Shown: one piece after another, positions 12,371 to 23,337 of the stretch
How the letters are laid out: each line of letters begins with the position of its first letter
How positions within the stretch are numbered: position 1 is the stretch's first letter
Assembly: GCA_030141605.1 (NCBI GenBank)
Contig: JAQGDQ010000524.1
Location: 62,001-126,000 of the forward strand
Origin: Tubiluchus corallicola
Lineage: Eukaryota > Animalia > Priapulida
Length of the DNA stretch: 64,000 nt
Direction: 5' to 3'
Position numbers and translations under genes: made by a program
The notes under the pieces: generated by a model
Databases searched by the model: none
Seen by the model: the letters and a program-made list of their open reading frames with translations, nothing else
What the model was told of the DNA's origin: nothing

Positions 12371-12779
12371 ACTTTATGTTTACATTTTTGAATTTCCTTC
12401 TACTTCAGTTACTATGGATACCCACCCAGCTCAAGTTGAGCTATAATAACCAATTAAAATTCAAGACGATATCACAGTTTATGCTTTCCTAAGCTGCCAT
12501 GTTAATTGAATTATATGCTGTAATACAATCAGCACATTAGTGTACATAGTTAATTCTGCACTTAACAACAGTTCTACCCAAGACAGCAATACTGTGATAA
12601 TTGTTTTAAAGACACTCAATCATATTGTGAGATGTTATCAGTAGATACTTGAGGTAATGCAAGGATTATGCTAAATCTGATTTAGTGTTTTCTTAACTTA
12701 AAATGATAGTGGGGAAATGAGGAAGCAGGCACATTATGGAAAACTAATTATTGCAGTGGCGAAAAAAAATAAGTAAAAT

Positions 12780-12809
12780 GAAGAAGAGATAGAGAAAAAG
12801 AAAGAAGGA

Positions 12810-12884
<75 letters not shown>

Positions 12885-13066
12885 GAAGAAAGGAAGGAAG
12901 GAAGGAAGAATGAATGAATGAAAGAGAGAAAGAGAGAGAGAGAGACAGAGGAAGATTGAGTAAGAGAGAAAGAAAGAAAGAATGAATGAAAGAATAAAGA
13001 ATAAAGAAAGATAGAAAGAAAGGAAGAAAGAGAGGAAGGAAGAAAGAAAGAGAAAAGAAAGAAAAA

Positions 13067-13154
<88 letters not shown>

Positions 13155-13157
13155 AGG
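12780..13157. repeat. Polypurine (GAAA)n tract
   Basis: Directly visible. Confidence 0.95.
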
Positions 13158-14002
13158 AACTTACATAGGCTCACGCGCACACTCACTCACTCATTCATTC
13201 ACTCACTCGCTCACTCACCCACTCATTTCTTTGTGTTTGTTTATTTCTTCTATTTTTCGACATTTGTATTTGATATTTTTTTTACTGATTGTAACACTTT
13301 ACACTTCCTACTCTTGATCAGCTATCACTAATGTATATTTAGGGTCAGCCTGTCTGTATGAATTCTGTTGTATAAAACTATATTAAAATATACTGCATGT
13401 ATTCCCATATTGACAGCACGAAAAAGACAAAGAAAAAGAAATTGGATTGAATTGAATTGTTGGCCAACATTAGCACGTTTTCCATTGAACATAACGTATT
13501 GTGTTGACGTGCATTAACAAAAGAAAATTGTTCTAATGAAGACAAATTATAAATTCAAATTGGAACCCCGCAACTCAGAATTAACCCTTGCGATACGCTA
13601 GCAGTTGCATCTAAATTGATTTACAAATTTAAATTGTGACAAATATAAATTTAAACTAATTTTAATTAAAGTTATTATTTTTTGTTAAAAACCTATATAA
13701 GAGCTACATATATATATATAGATATATAACTTCTATATAAGTACTTTAGAGGACCTATGTATGTATAACAGGAGAGAAACCTGTTCCTGGCATTTTTGAC
13801 AGGTTTTTTCCCGGAGTACACTTTTATAACATCATATGCATTTAGGCAATCACATAGTTAATGCACCAGTGACAGTAATGAGTCACTTGCATTTAGTGTT
13901 GTCCTTTAAACAACTAAACTACGTTCTTACTGTACACAAAAGACTTCATAATTATTAGCCTTAGCGAATTACAATAGAATAAGTCTAGTTTTAACTTTAT
14001 AC

Positions 14003-14373
<371 letters not shown>

Positions 14374-14409
14374 AAATCGGGGTTACTATGTTTAAATTTT
14401 ACTGCTGAC

Positions 14410-14544
14410 CTCTCGAGGTGAGTTAGCCGATCGTTTGCCCCCTGGTGGACAGTTTGTAATGAAGCAACTGGAAGCAAGAGGTAAGATAGTACAAAATAAA
14501 ACGATAAAGCTTGTTCCTTTTGCCCCAACGTCCATTCGAGCCAT
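14410..14544 (-). CDS. Oxytocin/vasopressin-type (inotocin-like) prepropeptide, coding exon 1: signal peptide + CFITNCPPG + GKR
   Basis: MARMDVGAKGTSFIVLFCTILPLASS-CFITNCPPG-GKR-SANSPRE|GTCAG. Nonapeptide codons lie at 14466-14440. An acceptor TCTCTATTTTCAG 5 nt before the ATG implies an upstream non-coding exon. Confidence 0.97.
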
Positions 14545-15159
14545 TAATCCTGAAAATAGAGAGAAAAATGTTAGAATTTGAAGAAATTCTATTGTAAATA
14601 ATGAGTCATTTTCTTGTCTTAAGTTTTTGTTTCCATCGTACGAGGATGGCTTATAAAACAAGCTGAAAGTTGAAAATAAAGTCACAATTTTTTCACCAAT
14701 CACGTCCAAAGTTGTCCTGATCTTTCAAGTTTTAATCGCCAAAACCAGCAAAACAACTCGTAATTAGCAGCAGAATTTATTCATTTTAAATACTAAACTA
14801 TATATACATCGAATCATCCATATCTGGCAGATGTAACTACATCAAATTGTAACAGATGTAACTAAAATGAGTAAATTCTCCTGGTAATTACGAGTTATTT
14901 TGCTGGTTTTGACTTTTTGGTTTATTAAACGTGATTAAAACTTGAAAGATCGGTACAATAAATTCCATTTTTATCTAACATATCAAATTACGTGTATATT
15001 TACGACTAACTAATTATACTGCTAATTATGAGTTATTTTGCGTATTTTAAGCTTTTGGTTATTTCACACGAGGTTTGTAGAACAAGCTGACAGTTGTAAA
15101 TAAAGCGTAAGAAATAATTTTTCGTATGAAAGATTTTTCATTTGGTGAACCTCCAATTT

Positions 15160-15750
15160 CAATGCATCATACGCGCATGAGGATCAGATTTTCTGAGCTA
15201 AACTATGACCTTTTCTCTAAAGGCTGTAAAGATAATAATGGTCATCCAATATTGAAGAAATTTGTAACTGTGGAATTCGATTTGAATCTGTTGAAGACTT
15301 TTTGTTGCACTGCCCATTGTATCAACAAACTAGGGTTGTTATGTTTGATAGATTAAATGAAATACTTCTGCCTGAAAACCTTAATATAGCTGCCTTAGGA
15401 ACTAATGATCAGTTAAAGTTGTTATTATTCGGAAAAGGTGAATTTAACTATGTTGCTAACTGTAAAATATTTCAATGCATACATGACTTTATATTACGTA
15501 CTAAACGCTTCCAGTAGTTTCCAACTGATATGAAATGCATCAGTCTTAAATATTCGTACATTAATATTTTCTAACCGTCATTTTCTACTAATGTCTTGTA
15601 GTAAAACTTGTCAGCTTGTGTAGTTATAGTCTATTCTTACTGTAAATGTTCTTGTAAATAGTGTATAAAGTCTGTTGAGGTGAGGATCCCAAATTATGTT
15701 GTTCAAACTGCCTGAACCAATCCTATAATAAACTATGTTTAAACTAACTA
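15160..15750 (+). mobile_element. 5'-truncated, degenerate CR1-like LINE 3' end
   Basis: Frameshifted ORF2 C-terminus HTRMRIRFSELNYDLF...HCPLY...LLLFG...IFQCIHDFILRTKRF, followed by an AT-rich UTR with AATAAA. Confidence 0.65.
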
Positions 15751-15868
15751 AATAAAGTTACAACGTCATGTCCAAACTTGTACTGATCTTTAGAATCCCT
15801 GCTGATAAACTGATAACATGAACGTTAAAAATTCTAAATTTCTTTAATAAATTTCCAATCAATCTTAC

Positions 15869-15981
15869 CTTATTCTGAAGTTGCTAATGTTCTGTATAGA
15901 GCTGCTAATGATAAGTGATCATGACAATGGTAATTTTTATTCATTAAGCGACATTCCGTGATGAATTAACAGCGCATGCGC
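15869..15981 (-). promoter_or_regulatory. Putative 5' non-coding exon and promoter of the neuropeptide gene
   Basis: Consensus donor AAG|GTAAGA at 15869/15868, AT-rich ATAAAAA at ~15940-15934, palindromic GCGCATGCGC (NRF1-type) at 15972-15981. Confidence 0.4.
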
Positions 15982-16419
15982 AGTTCTTGCCATTTCCATC
16001 CGCGTTTGATTTCCACCCACCCAAGATGTTTTCTCTTTACACAGTTCTGCATTCTGTAAGGGCAGTGGACGCATAGCGAGTGGAAAAGTCTAATGTAGAC
16101 GGTAGTGGCGGCAAGACTGGTATCTAATTAATTATCAAAGACGATTTGCCAGTTTTGGGCATCCTTCCTCTACGAAGTAAATAGCCGAGATCGGTTCGGC
16201 AGAGGAAACTCGCAAAATCTATTCAACCAACAGTCACCTATCCACTTACTGGCAAGTCTCAGTGTTGCTTAACTTTTTTGTAGGTACGTAAGATCTCTCG
16301 TTCTACGATTTTACTGTTTTTTAGCTGTGTAAGCCACTGGGGAAGCAAGCTAATAAATTATGTTGAAATTAAAGTTTTAACACAGGAGAAATATCGATGT
16401 ACTTTATTTCAGCACAACA

Positions 16420-16545
16420 NNNNNNNNNNNNNNNNNNNNNNNNNNNNNNNNNNNNNNNNNNNNNNNNNNNNNNNNNNNNNNNNNNNNNNNNNNNNNNNNN
16501 NNNNNNNNNNNNNNNNNNNNNNNNNNNNNNNNNNNNNNNNNNNNN
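16420..16545. other. Assembly gap (126 N)
   Basis: Run of n; its length equals the missing 5' part of the LTR. Confidence 1.
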
Positions 16546-17608
16546 TTTATATTAAATTGTGTGTTTTTTGTAAGATTTTGACACTAGATGGCTCTGGCCG
16601 CTTATTTCTCTGCTTACCTGTAATTAGGTTACCTGAAAATTCGAATACCAAATGGCTTCAACCAGTTTTGGGATCTTACTACAGAATTCGTGTTTTACAC
16701 TAGTTATGTTCTGACTGTCGAAGTTACAGGGTGGTGGAGTTTTGCTGGTTAGTCCACATCCTGAGGTTGTTTTATATGGCTGAACACCAAGTTTGGTGTG
16801 AACCTGTCTTTAATGGTACTCGTATGCAGTGAGATGATTTGTCACAAAGACAATGGTTTTGTCTACTTTTGTTTATTCGTTGTTTGCGGTGATGGCACTG
16901 TCTTGACATTCCAAGAAGCAAGTGTTTGGTAATCATATTTCCACCTGGAGAATAGGACTCAAATTCTCGCTCAATAGTAGTGGAAAACCAGTCGAGGACC
17001 AGTTCTACCTGGACCAATGGTCTGTCTGTTCGTCTGAACTAAAGGTTCTGTTTGTCACCCTGCAAAAGGACGACATCTGGCTTTATCACTGGAAGGCTGA
17101 GGCAACCAGGTACGAGTTCAATTGCTGGATTGCTGGAGCAGTTTTAAAGCGTGGTCCATGCAGAGGCTGGATTGGTGACCATTGGCAAAGAGTTGCTGGC
17201 AAGGACGTGGCTGACTGCTGGAGATGAAAAGCCGATGTGGTAAGGTTGGAGACTCAAGAGCGTGGTTGATAGATCCAAAAGCCTGATGAGAGACAGAAGC
17301 GTAGCCGGCCAACGTTACTTTTGGGGGAATTAGGTATTGTTGGAAATTGTTATCAATTTAATTTGCTATTGTTGTTTCACTGATTAAATTCTAAATCTAA
17401 ATATTAGCTTTTAGTTCCGTTTTCGTTCTGATTAAATAATTTGCACGTGCACACAAGTGTTTCACCAGTGACACGGATTCACGTAGCCTACACAAATGAA
17501 TGATTATCCTGTAGATTTAGCATATAAAAGTGACGGAAACGCTCGAGAACTCTGAACACAGTACTCTGATTTCTTAACATCCTGATTTAATTATTACACG
17601 GCGTCACA
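16420..17608 (+). repeat. 5' LTR (first ~126 bp lie in the N gap)
   Basis: 16546-17608 matches 23464-24525 almost perfectly; ends GCGTCACA. Confidence 0.9.
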
Positions 17609-17611
17609 ATT

Positions 17612-17629
17612 TGGTGTCAGAAGTGGGAT
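17612..17629 (+). promoter_or_regulatory. Primer-binding site complementary to the tRNA-Leu 3' end
   Basis: TGGTGTCAGAAGTGGGAT, 3 nt after the LTR end; reverse complement ATCCCACTTCTGACACCA matches the tRNA-Leu(CAA)-type 3' end. Confidence 0.8.
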
Positions 17630-18233
17630 AATTAAGGCCTGTCACTGAATGAAACCGCTGTGCAGATTATTTATTCTGTTTATTGTTAGAAAAATAGCAT
17701 CTCTGCCCTTTACAGAACTGATAATATAATATTTCTACTGAGTAAGCTTAGAACTTTTGACACTTGCGTTGACCGTGCTGTAGGTATAAATTTCTCTGAG
17801 CAAGAAAGCAGTTAGTAGTTTCATTGCGGTAGGCGATTTTGAACTATAGGTAAACTAGGTCACATTGTCTGGCTGTGAAGTGCATGCGACGCAAAAGCTT
17901 GTTTACGAATTGATGAGCCCTAGTAATATATCGAACGGCTTATAACTTCCTGTTTGGTTCGGGACTTATTTTTGCATAGTACTAGCTGTATGTAATCTGA
18001 GCAATTTGTTTGTGTACAGGGTGAGAGTAGAGTAAAAGAAACCACGTGAGTGGTGAATAAATTTTCACAAGTGTAATAGCAAAGTTAAAACGAAACAAAA
18101 CGCAAATAAATACTTTGCAAAGAAAATAATTACATAGAATATACTACTATAAACAAAATACAGTTGCACATAGTATTTGACTGCTGTATCAACGCCTTAT
18201 TAAATTAAAAATAAAACGAAACGGCAAATTACC

Positions 18234-21200
18234 ATGGCAGCAAACGCATACACTGAAAACGAGTTAAATATTTTAAAAGCGTCACAGCTAAAACAAATTA
18301 TAGCTGAACGCGGAATCACAGTTGCCTTAACAGCGACTAAATCTGTTTTAATAGCTGCTATTCTACAAGCTCAGCTTCCTTTGAATATGACGCAACCTGC
18401 GCTAACACAAGCAATTCAAGGCCTTGGTGATGCGGACCTGGACGCGGGTACATACGTTGAAGCTAATTTAAATGCAGCAAGTCCCGTGAACACTATTTCA
18501 GGTGGCGTGAAAAGGAAGCCAACTGTGGCAACGAGGTTAGAACACACACCTCCGCCCGACTTATCATTTATGACAGACGACATTACTGAGGGAATGCAGC
18601 AATTACCCCCCTCAGAGAGGTATTCGGTTATGATTACACTGGAAAAGCTACGCAGCGAAGAGCGTCGAGCTGTCAAGCAGATGGAGATGCAAATGCAGAT
18701 GGACAAAGAGTTACGTATTAAGCAACTTGAACATCAGGAACGGGTTGAGCTTGAAAAATTGCGTGCCGAACTTGCACGAATTGAAGTCGCACCTACTTTA
18801 TTACAGGTCGCAAACCCTTCACCTCCTGCTAACCCGCAATTGCATGCACCCATCCAGCGTATCAAAATGAGGGTCTTTGATGAAAACGCTGAAGACATCG
18901 ACGATTTCTTAAGTCAGTTTGAATCAACTGCAGCTGCAAATAAGCTTCCTCAGGACGTATATGCAGCATCTTTAGGGCCTGCACTTACCGGGAAAGCTTC
19001 CATTGCTTTTCACCAAATACCTCCTGAGCAAATGAGCAACTACGATGCTGTGAAGAAAGCACTTTTGGCAGCATATGTATTAACCAGCGAGAGCTACTTG
19101 AAACGTTTTCGTGCTATAAAAAAGAGGGCCAATGAGACTTTTCAGCAAGTTGGCAGAAGACTTGTTCGTGCCTACAATGAGTACAGAAATGCAGAAGATG
19201 CTGACTCTGTAGATAAAGTTGTGGAATTGGTCTGTAAGGAACAAGTCTTAACACTGATGTCACGTGACATGTGTGAATGGGTCCGGAGGCAAGATCTTCA
19301 TTCCTTCGATGATGTTGTGGAAAAAGCAGACTTGTACCAAGCATCTGTGATGTCGATACAGGGTGGCCTAAAAGTCATGCAACCTCACACATTTAAGAAA
19401 GGATTGAAGCCGCCAATGCACGATGGTAGTAGTTCAGCAAGAGGAAGAAGCACATATAATGGATCTAATGTGAAGTGCTATTCCTGCGGCGAGTTGGGAC
19501 ATAAGAGAAATCAATGCAGAAGAAGCATGGCAGGTGCTGAAGCCACCGGGAAAGGCAGAAGCACGATGGGTCGGAATTTTTTAGCTAAAGGTGATGCTAA
19601 GAAGACCCAGGAAGGTGGTTCAAGAAAAACCACAAAGAAGTTGCGCAACATTATTGTATCTTCTGAAGATGAATATTGCTGCTGGGCATCTGTGAATGGC
19701 AAGAATGTGAAATGCATGCGCGACGCTGGGGCATGCACTAGCCTTGTTCACCCAGATCTGGTAAGGCCAGAGCAATATGTTGATGAGTCAACCAGGACGA
19801 TTAAGTGTGTACATGGAGATTCCAAGGAAGTACGCATGGCTATTGTGGAGGTTGAAAGTCCGATGGTCAGTGGATATTTGACAGTGGCTGTCTCTGGTGA
19901 CCTTCCAGTTGACTTCTTACTTGGTAATGACTTTCGGACGGCAGTTACTCCATTCCCGGCAAAGAGGAGTAAGAACTTCCAGTGTGTACCGAAACCAGCT
20001 TCAACACCTACTGTGGCCAACATGGACTCCTCCTGCCAATTTAAAAAGCATGCTATGAAGCAGGATGAAAACAGTATTGGTGACAAGCTGCACACGGCAT
20101 TAGTTGTTACACGCTGTAAAGCTGCGAAACTGCAAAACCTTGAGGAAAGAGACAAGACCCTCCAACAAGAGTTTTTGCAAGACAAAACCAAAGCACATCT
20201 ACTGACTGAGCACGAGTCAAAGCAAAACCAAATGCACCTAACTGAGCTCAGTAAATCCCAGTTACACCAAGAACAAGTAGATGATGTAACTTTAAGGAAC
20301 TTACGCGACAATGCACGCACTGAGGAAATTGTGCGGAAAGAAGGCAAAGGCTACTATCTTCGTGAAGGAGTACTTTATTACCTGGCATGTGAGCGTCCTA
20401 GCCTAGAACCACGAGAACTACTGGTTGTGCCTAAGACAAGGAGACTGGAGGTGCTCTCCCTGGCACATGATAATAAGATGGCTGGACATTTAGGCATTAG
20501 GAAAACTACTAAGCGAGTACTGCAGGAGTATACTTGGCCACGCATCAAACGCTCTGTGATACAGTACTGCCGTTCATGTGCCACCTGCCAAAAGACTGCT
20601 CGTGTGCGACGCGCTGATAAAGCGAAACTCAAACCTTTGGCAATACCATCAACAGCATTTCGCACAATTGCAATTGATATAATAGGCCCACTAGGTACAC
20701 AACGCACACCCTCAGGAAACAAATATGCTTTAACAATCATTGATCATGCAACACGTTATCCTGACTGCATACCATTACCAAACATAGAAACAGAAACAAT
20801 TGTGAAAGCACTTTTACAATACATGTGCAGACACGGGATACCTAGGGAAATCATCTCAGATCGGGGGACCCAGTTCACGTCCAAGCTCATACGTGATCTT
20901 GAAAAAGCCCTTGGAGTAAAAGGTATTTACACGTCCCCATACAACCCCCAAGCTAATGGTCTCACAGAACGATACAATGCTTCTATTAAATCATCCATCC
21001 TAAAACTTCTGCAAGATGAACATAGTCTGCCATGGGATGAACTTCTCCCTTTTTGTTTGTTTGCCTTCAGGGAAGTACCACAGGAGTCCACTGGGTACTC
21101 TCCATTTGAATTAGTGTATGGCTTCCCTGTGCGGGGCCCCCTGGCTGCTTTGAAAGAACAATGGGGCTGCCAAGACCCTCCTAAATTAGAAAATATTGAT

Positions 21201-22982
21201 GACTATGTTACGAGAATCATCAACACAGTAGAAAGTGCTACTGAAGATGCACACCAGTTCCTCCGTCAAGCAAAGATTGCCCCAAAACGATGGTACGATC
21301 GTATGTCGTCAGATAGGTCGTTGGAAATTGGACAGAGAGTGCTCGTGTTGATGCATGAAGGGCATGGAAAGATGCAGAAGTACTTCAAAGGACCATTCGA
21401 GGTTGTAGACAAGGTGTCTGACTTGACATATAAGGTGAATATTGGAAACAAAAGCAATAGACGCAATGTTCGCACCTATCACATCAATATGCTCAAACCA
21501 TTTGTAGAAAGGGATGACAATCTTATTTTGTTCTCCAAATGTGAAGAAAATGATCTAATTATGGTGCCTGAGTTAGCTGAAGAGCAAGTGGGCCAAGATG
21601 AGCTAGACAAAGAAGTCAGCTTTCCTGAATATGCCTTCCCGCCATTGGCTGAGGCAACTCAGTCCCTAGAAGATGTTGCATTACCCTCTTTCCTGACCAA
21701 AGACCAATCCGAGCAGCTGATGTCGGTACTTCAAGAATTCAAGGAGATGTTCACTGATTTACCGGGATGCACATCTGTGGTAGAACATCACATCTCTCTT
21801 ACTGACCAGACACCAGTCCAACAGCGGCCCTACAGACTCCCACAAGCACGCAAGGAGCTGGTAAGAAAAGAAGTGGAAGACATGCAAAAGTTAGGGGTAA
21901 TCAGGCGCTCTGAGTCAGTTTGGTCAGCGCCAACAGTCTTAGTCCCTAAACGAGATGGCACCGTCAGATTTTGCGTCGATTATCGCAAGTTAAATCTTCA
22001 GACAGCTTTTCTTCCATATCCGATGCCAAGAGTCGACGACATTGTTGATGAGATGCACAGTGCACTCTGGATCACATCACTGGACCTGTCCAAAGCTTAT
22101 TGGCAAATAATGCTCACACCTGAATCTCAGCCAATCTCTGCATTTGCCACTGACTTCGGCAAATTTGAATTTATGGTAATGCCGTTTGGACTGATGAATT
22201 CGGCATCTACCTGCCAAAGCCTAGTAGATCGTGTCCTTGAAACTGTGGCCCGTTTTGCCAGAGGATACATTGATGACATTGTAATTAAGTCCACGTCATG
22301 GCCTGAACATCTAAATCATCTGCATCTGACACTGTTTTGCATCAGGCAAGCTGGCCTGACTCTAAAGCCAAAGAAATGCAGCTTTGCAATGCAAGAAACT
22401 GAATTCCTTGGCTATGTTATTGGCAAAAATCGTTTGAGGCCACAACCCAACAAGATTCTACGCATACACAACTTCCCACGTCCACAAAACAAGAAACAAG
22501 TACGGGCCTACTTGGGTCTTGTTGGCTTCTACCGTAGGTTCATTCCTATGTTCAGTACCAAAGCTGCTGCTCTTTTTGAGCTACTTGAGAAAAGCGCTCC
22601 AACCAAAGTTGAGTGGACAGAAGCCTGCGAGCGGAGTTTTGTGGAATTGCAAGACTGCCTTGGCTCCGACACTGTGTTACACTCTCCAGATTTCATGAAG
22701 CCTTTTATACTGACTACTGATGCATCTTTGAGTGGTGTAGGTGGGGTACTATCCCAAGACCAAAGTGAACATGGCGAAGTACCTATAACATACCTCAGCA
22801 GAAAATTAACTGTTACTGAGCGTAATTACAGTGTGGTAGAAGTGGAGTGTTTAGCAGTTGTATACTGTGTGGAGAAGTTGAGATACTTTCTGGAAGGGCG
22901 GCATTTTACTATCCGAACTGACCAGCGCAGCTTGTTGGCCCTTCCACGTATTAAGCGTAATAACCGCCGGTTGTGTCACTGA
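18234..22982 (+). CDS. Gag-Pol polyprotein (SCAN-like capsid, CCHC knuckle, protease, integrase, RT, RNase H), truncated by a premature TGA
   Basis: CYSCGELGHKRNQC; MRDAGA; HDNKMAGH..CRSCATC, IDIIG, SDRGTQF, NGLTERYN, KGPF; RFCVDYRKLN, LDLSKAYWQI, MPFGL, YIDD; TDAS, ECLA, TDQ. The frame continues to TAA 23069. Confidence 0.95.
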   Translation: MAANAYTENELNILKASQLKQIIAERGITVALTATKSVLIAAILQAQLPLNMTQPALTQAIQGLGDADLDAGTYVEANLNAASPVNTISGGVKRKPTVATRLEHTPPPDLSFMTDDITEGMQQLPPSERYSVMITLEKLRSEERRAVKQMEMQMQMDKELRIKQLEHQERVELEKLRAELARIEVAPTLLQVANPSPPANPQLHAPIQRIKMRVFDENAEDIDDFLSQFESTAAANKLPQDVYAASLGPALTGKASIAFHQIPPEQMSNYDAVKKALLAAYVLTSESYLKRFRAIKKRANETFQQVGRRLVRAYNEYRNAEDADSVDKVVELVCKEQVLTLMSRDMCEWVRRQDLHSFDDVVEKADLYQASVMSIQGGLKVMQPHTFKKGLKPPMHDGSSSARGRSTYNGSNVKCYSCGELGHKRNQCRRSMAGAEATGKGRSTMGRNFLAKGDAKKTQEGGSRKTTKKLRNIIVSSEDEYCCWASVNGKNVKCMRDAGACTSLVHPDLVRPEQYVDESTRTIKCVHGDSKEVRMAIVEVESPMVSGYLTVAVSGDLPVDFLLGNDFRTAVTPFPAKRSKNFQCVPKPASTPTVANMDSSCQFKKHAMKQDENSIGDKLHTALVVTRCKAAKLQNLEERDKTLQQEFLQDKTKAHLLTEHESKQNQMHLTELSKSQLHQEQVDDVTLRNLRDNARTEEIVRKEGKGYYLREGVLYYLACERPSLEPRELLVVPKTRRLEVLSLAHDNKMAGHLGIRKTTKRVLQEYTWPRIKRSVIQYCRSCATCQKTARVRRADKAKLKPLAIPSTAFRTIAIDIIGPLGTQRTPSGNKYALTIIDHATRYPDCIPLPNIETETIVKALLQYMCRHGIPREIISDRGTQFTSKLIRDLEKALGVKGIYTSPYNPQANGLTERYNASIKSSILKLLQDEHSLPWDELLPFCLFAFREVPQESTGYSPFELVYGFPVRGPLAALKEQWGCQDPPKLENIDDYVTRIINTVESATEDAHQFLRQAKIAPKRWYDRMSSDRSLEIGQRVLVLMHEGHGKMQKYFKGPFEVVDKVSDLTYKVNIGNKSNRRNVRTYHINMLKPFVERDDNLILFSKCEENDLIMVPELAEEQVGQDELDKEVSFPEYAFPPLAEATQSLEDVALPSFLTKDQSEQLMSVLQEFKEMFTDLPGCTSVVEHHISLTDQTPVQQRPYRLPQARKELVRKEVEDMQKLGVIRRSESVWSAPTVLVPKRDGTVRFCVDYRKLNLQTAFLPYPMPRVDDIVDEMHSALWITSLDLSKAYWQIMLTPESQPISAFATDFGKFEFMVMPFGLMNSASTCQSLVDRVLETVARFARGYIDDIVIKSTSWPEHLNHLHLTLFCIRQAGLTLKPKKCSFAMQETEFLGYVIGKNRLRPQPNKILRIHNFPRPQNKKQVRAYLGLVGFYRRFIPMFSTKAAALFELLEKSAPTKVEWTEACERSFVELQDCLGSDTVLHSPDFMKPFILTTDASLSGVGGVLSQDQSEHGEVPITYLSRKLTVTERNYSVVEVECLAVVYCVEKLRYFLEGRHFTIRTDQRSLLALPRIKRNNRRLCH

Positions 22983-23319
22983 TCGCTCATTCTTCAGGAA
23001 TACTCTTACACGGTGGAGAATATTCCGGGAAGAATGAATGTTGTGGCGGATGCACTTTCACGCCTATAAATTTTGCCTAATTTTGATAGTTTTATACGAA
23101 GAAATTGTTTTTCCAATTAAACAATATAAAAGTGAAATGGCAGAAGTAAAGTCGTTTATTGTGTTATTTGTAGATTTATTTTGTATCAGTATTGATTGAA
23201 GTTGCTTCTCGGAGTAATTAAGATAGCCCATTTAGTTAGCAAATCATTGTTTAGCTTTTATTTTCTTCAATTGTTTCAATATAGGTGTCGCTATGTTGTG
23301 AAAACTCCTTCAGAGTTTT

Positions 23320-23332
23320 AAAAGGAGAGAGA
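23320..23332 (+). promoter_or_regulatory. Polypurine tract
   Basis: AAAAGGAGAGAGA just upstream of the 3' LTR. Confidence 0.8.
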
Positions 23333-23337
23333 TGCTA

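Noticed and set aside
16772-17312. Duplicated short ORFs (also 23689-24229)
   Set aside because: They lie in the LTRs; duplication reflects LTR identity and there is no recognisable domain
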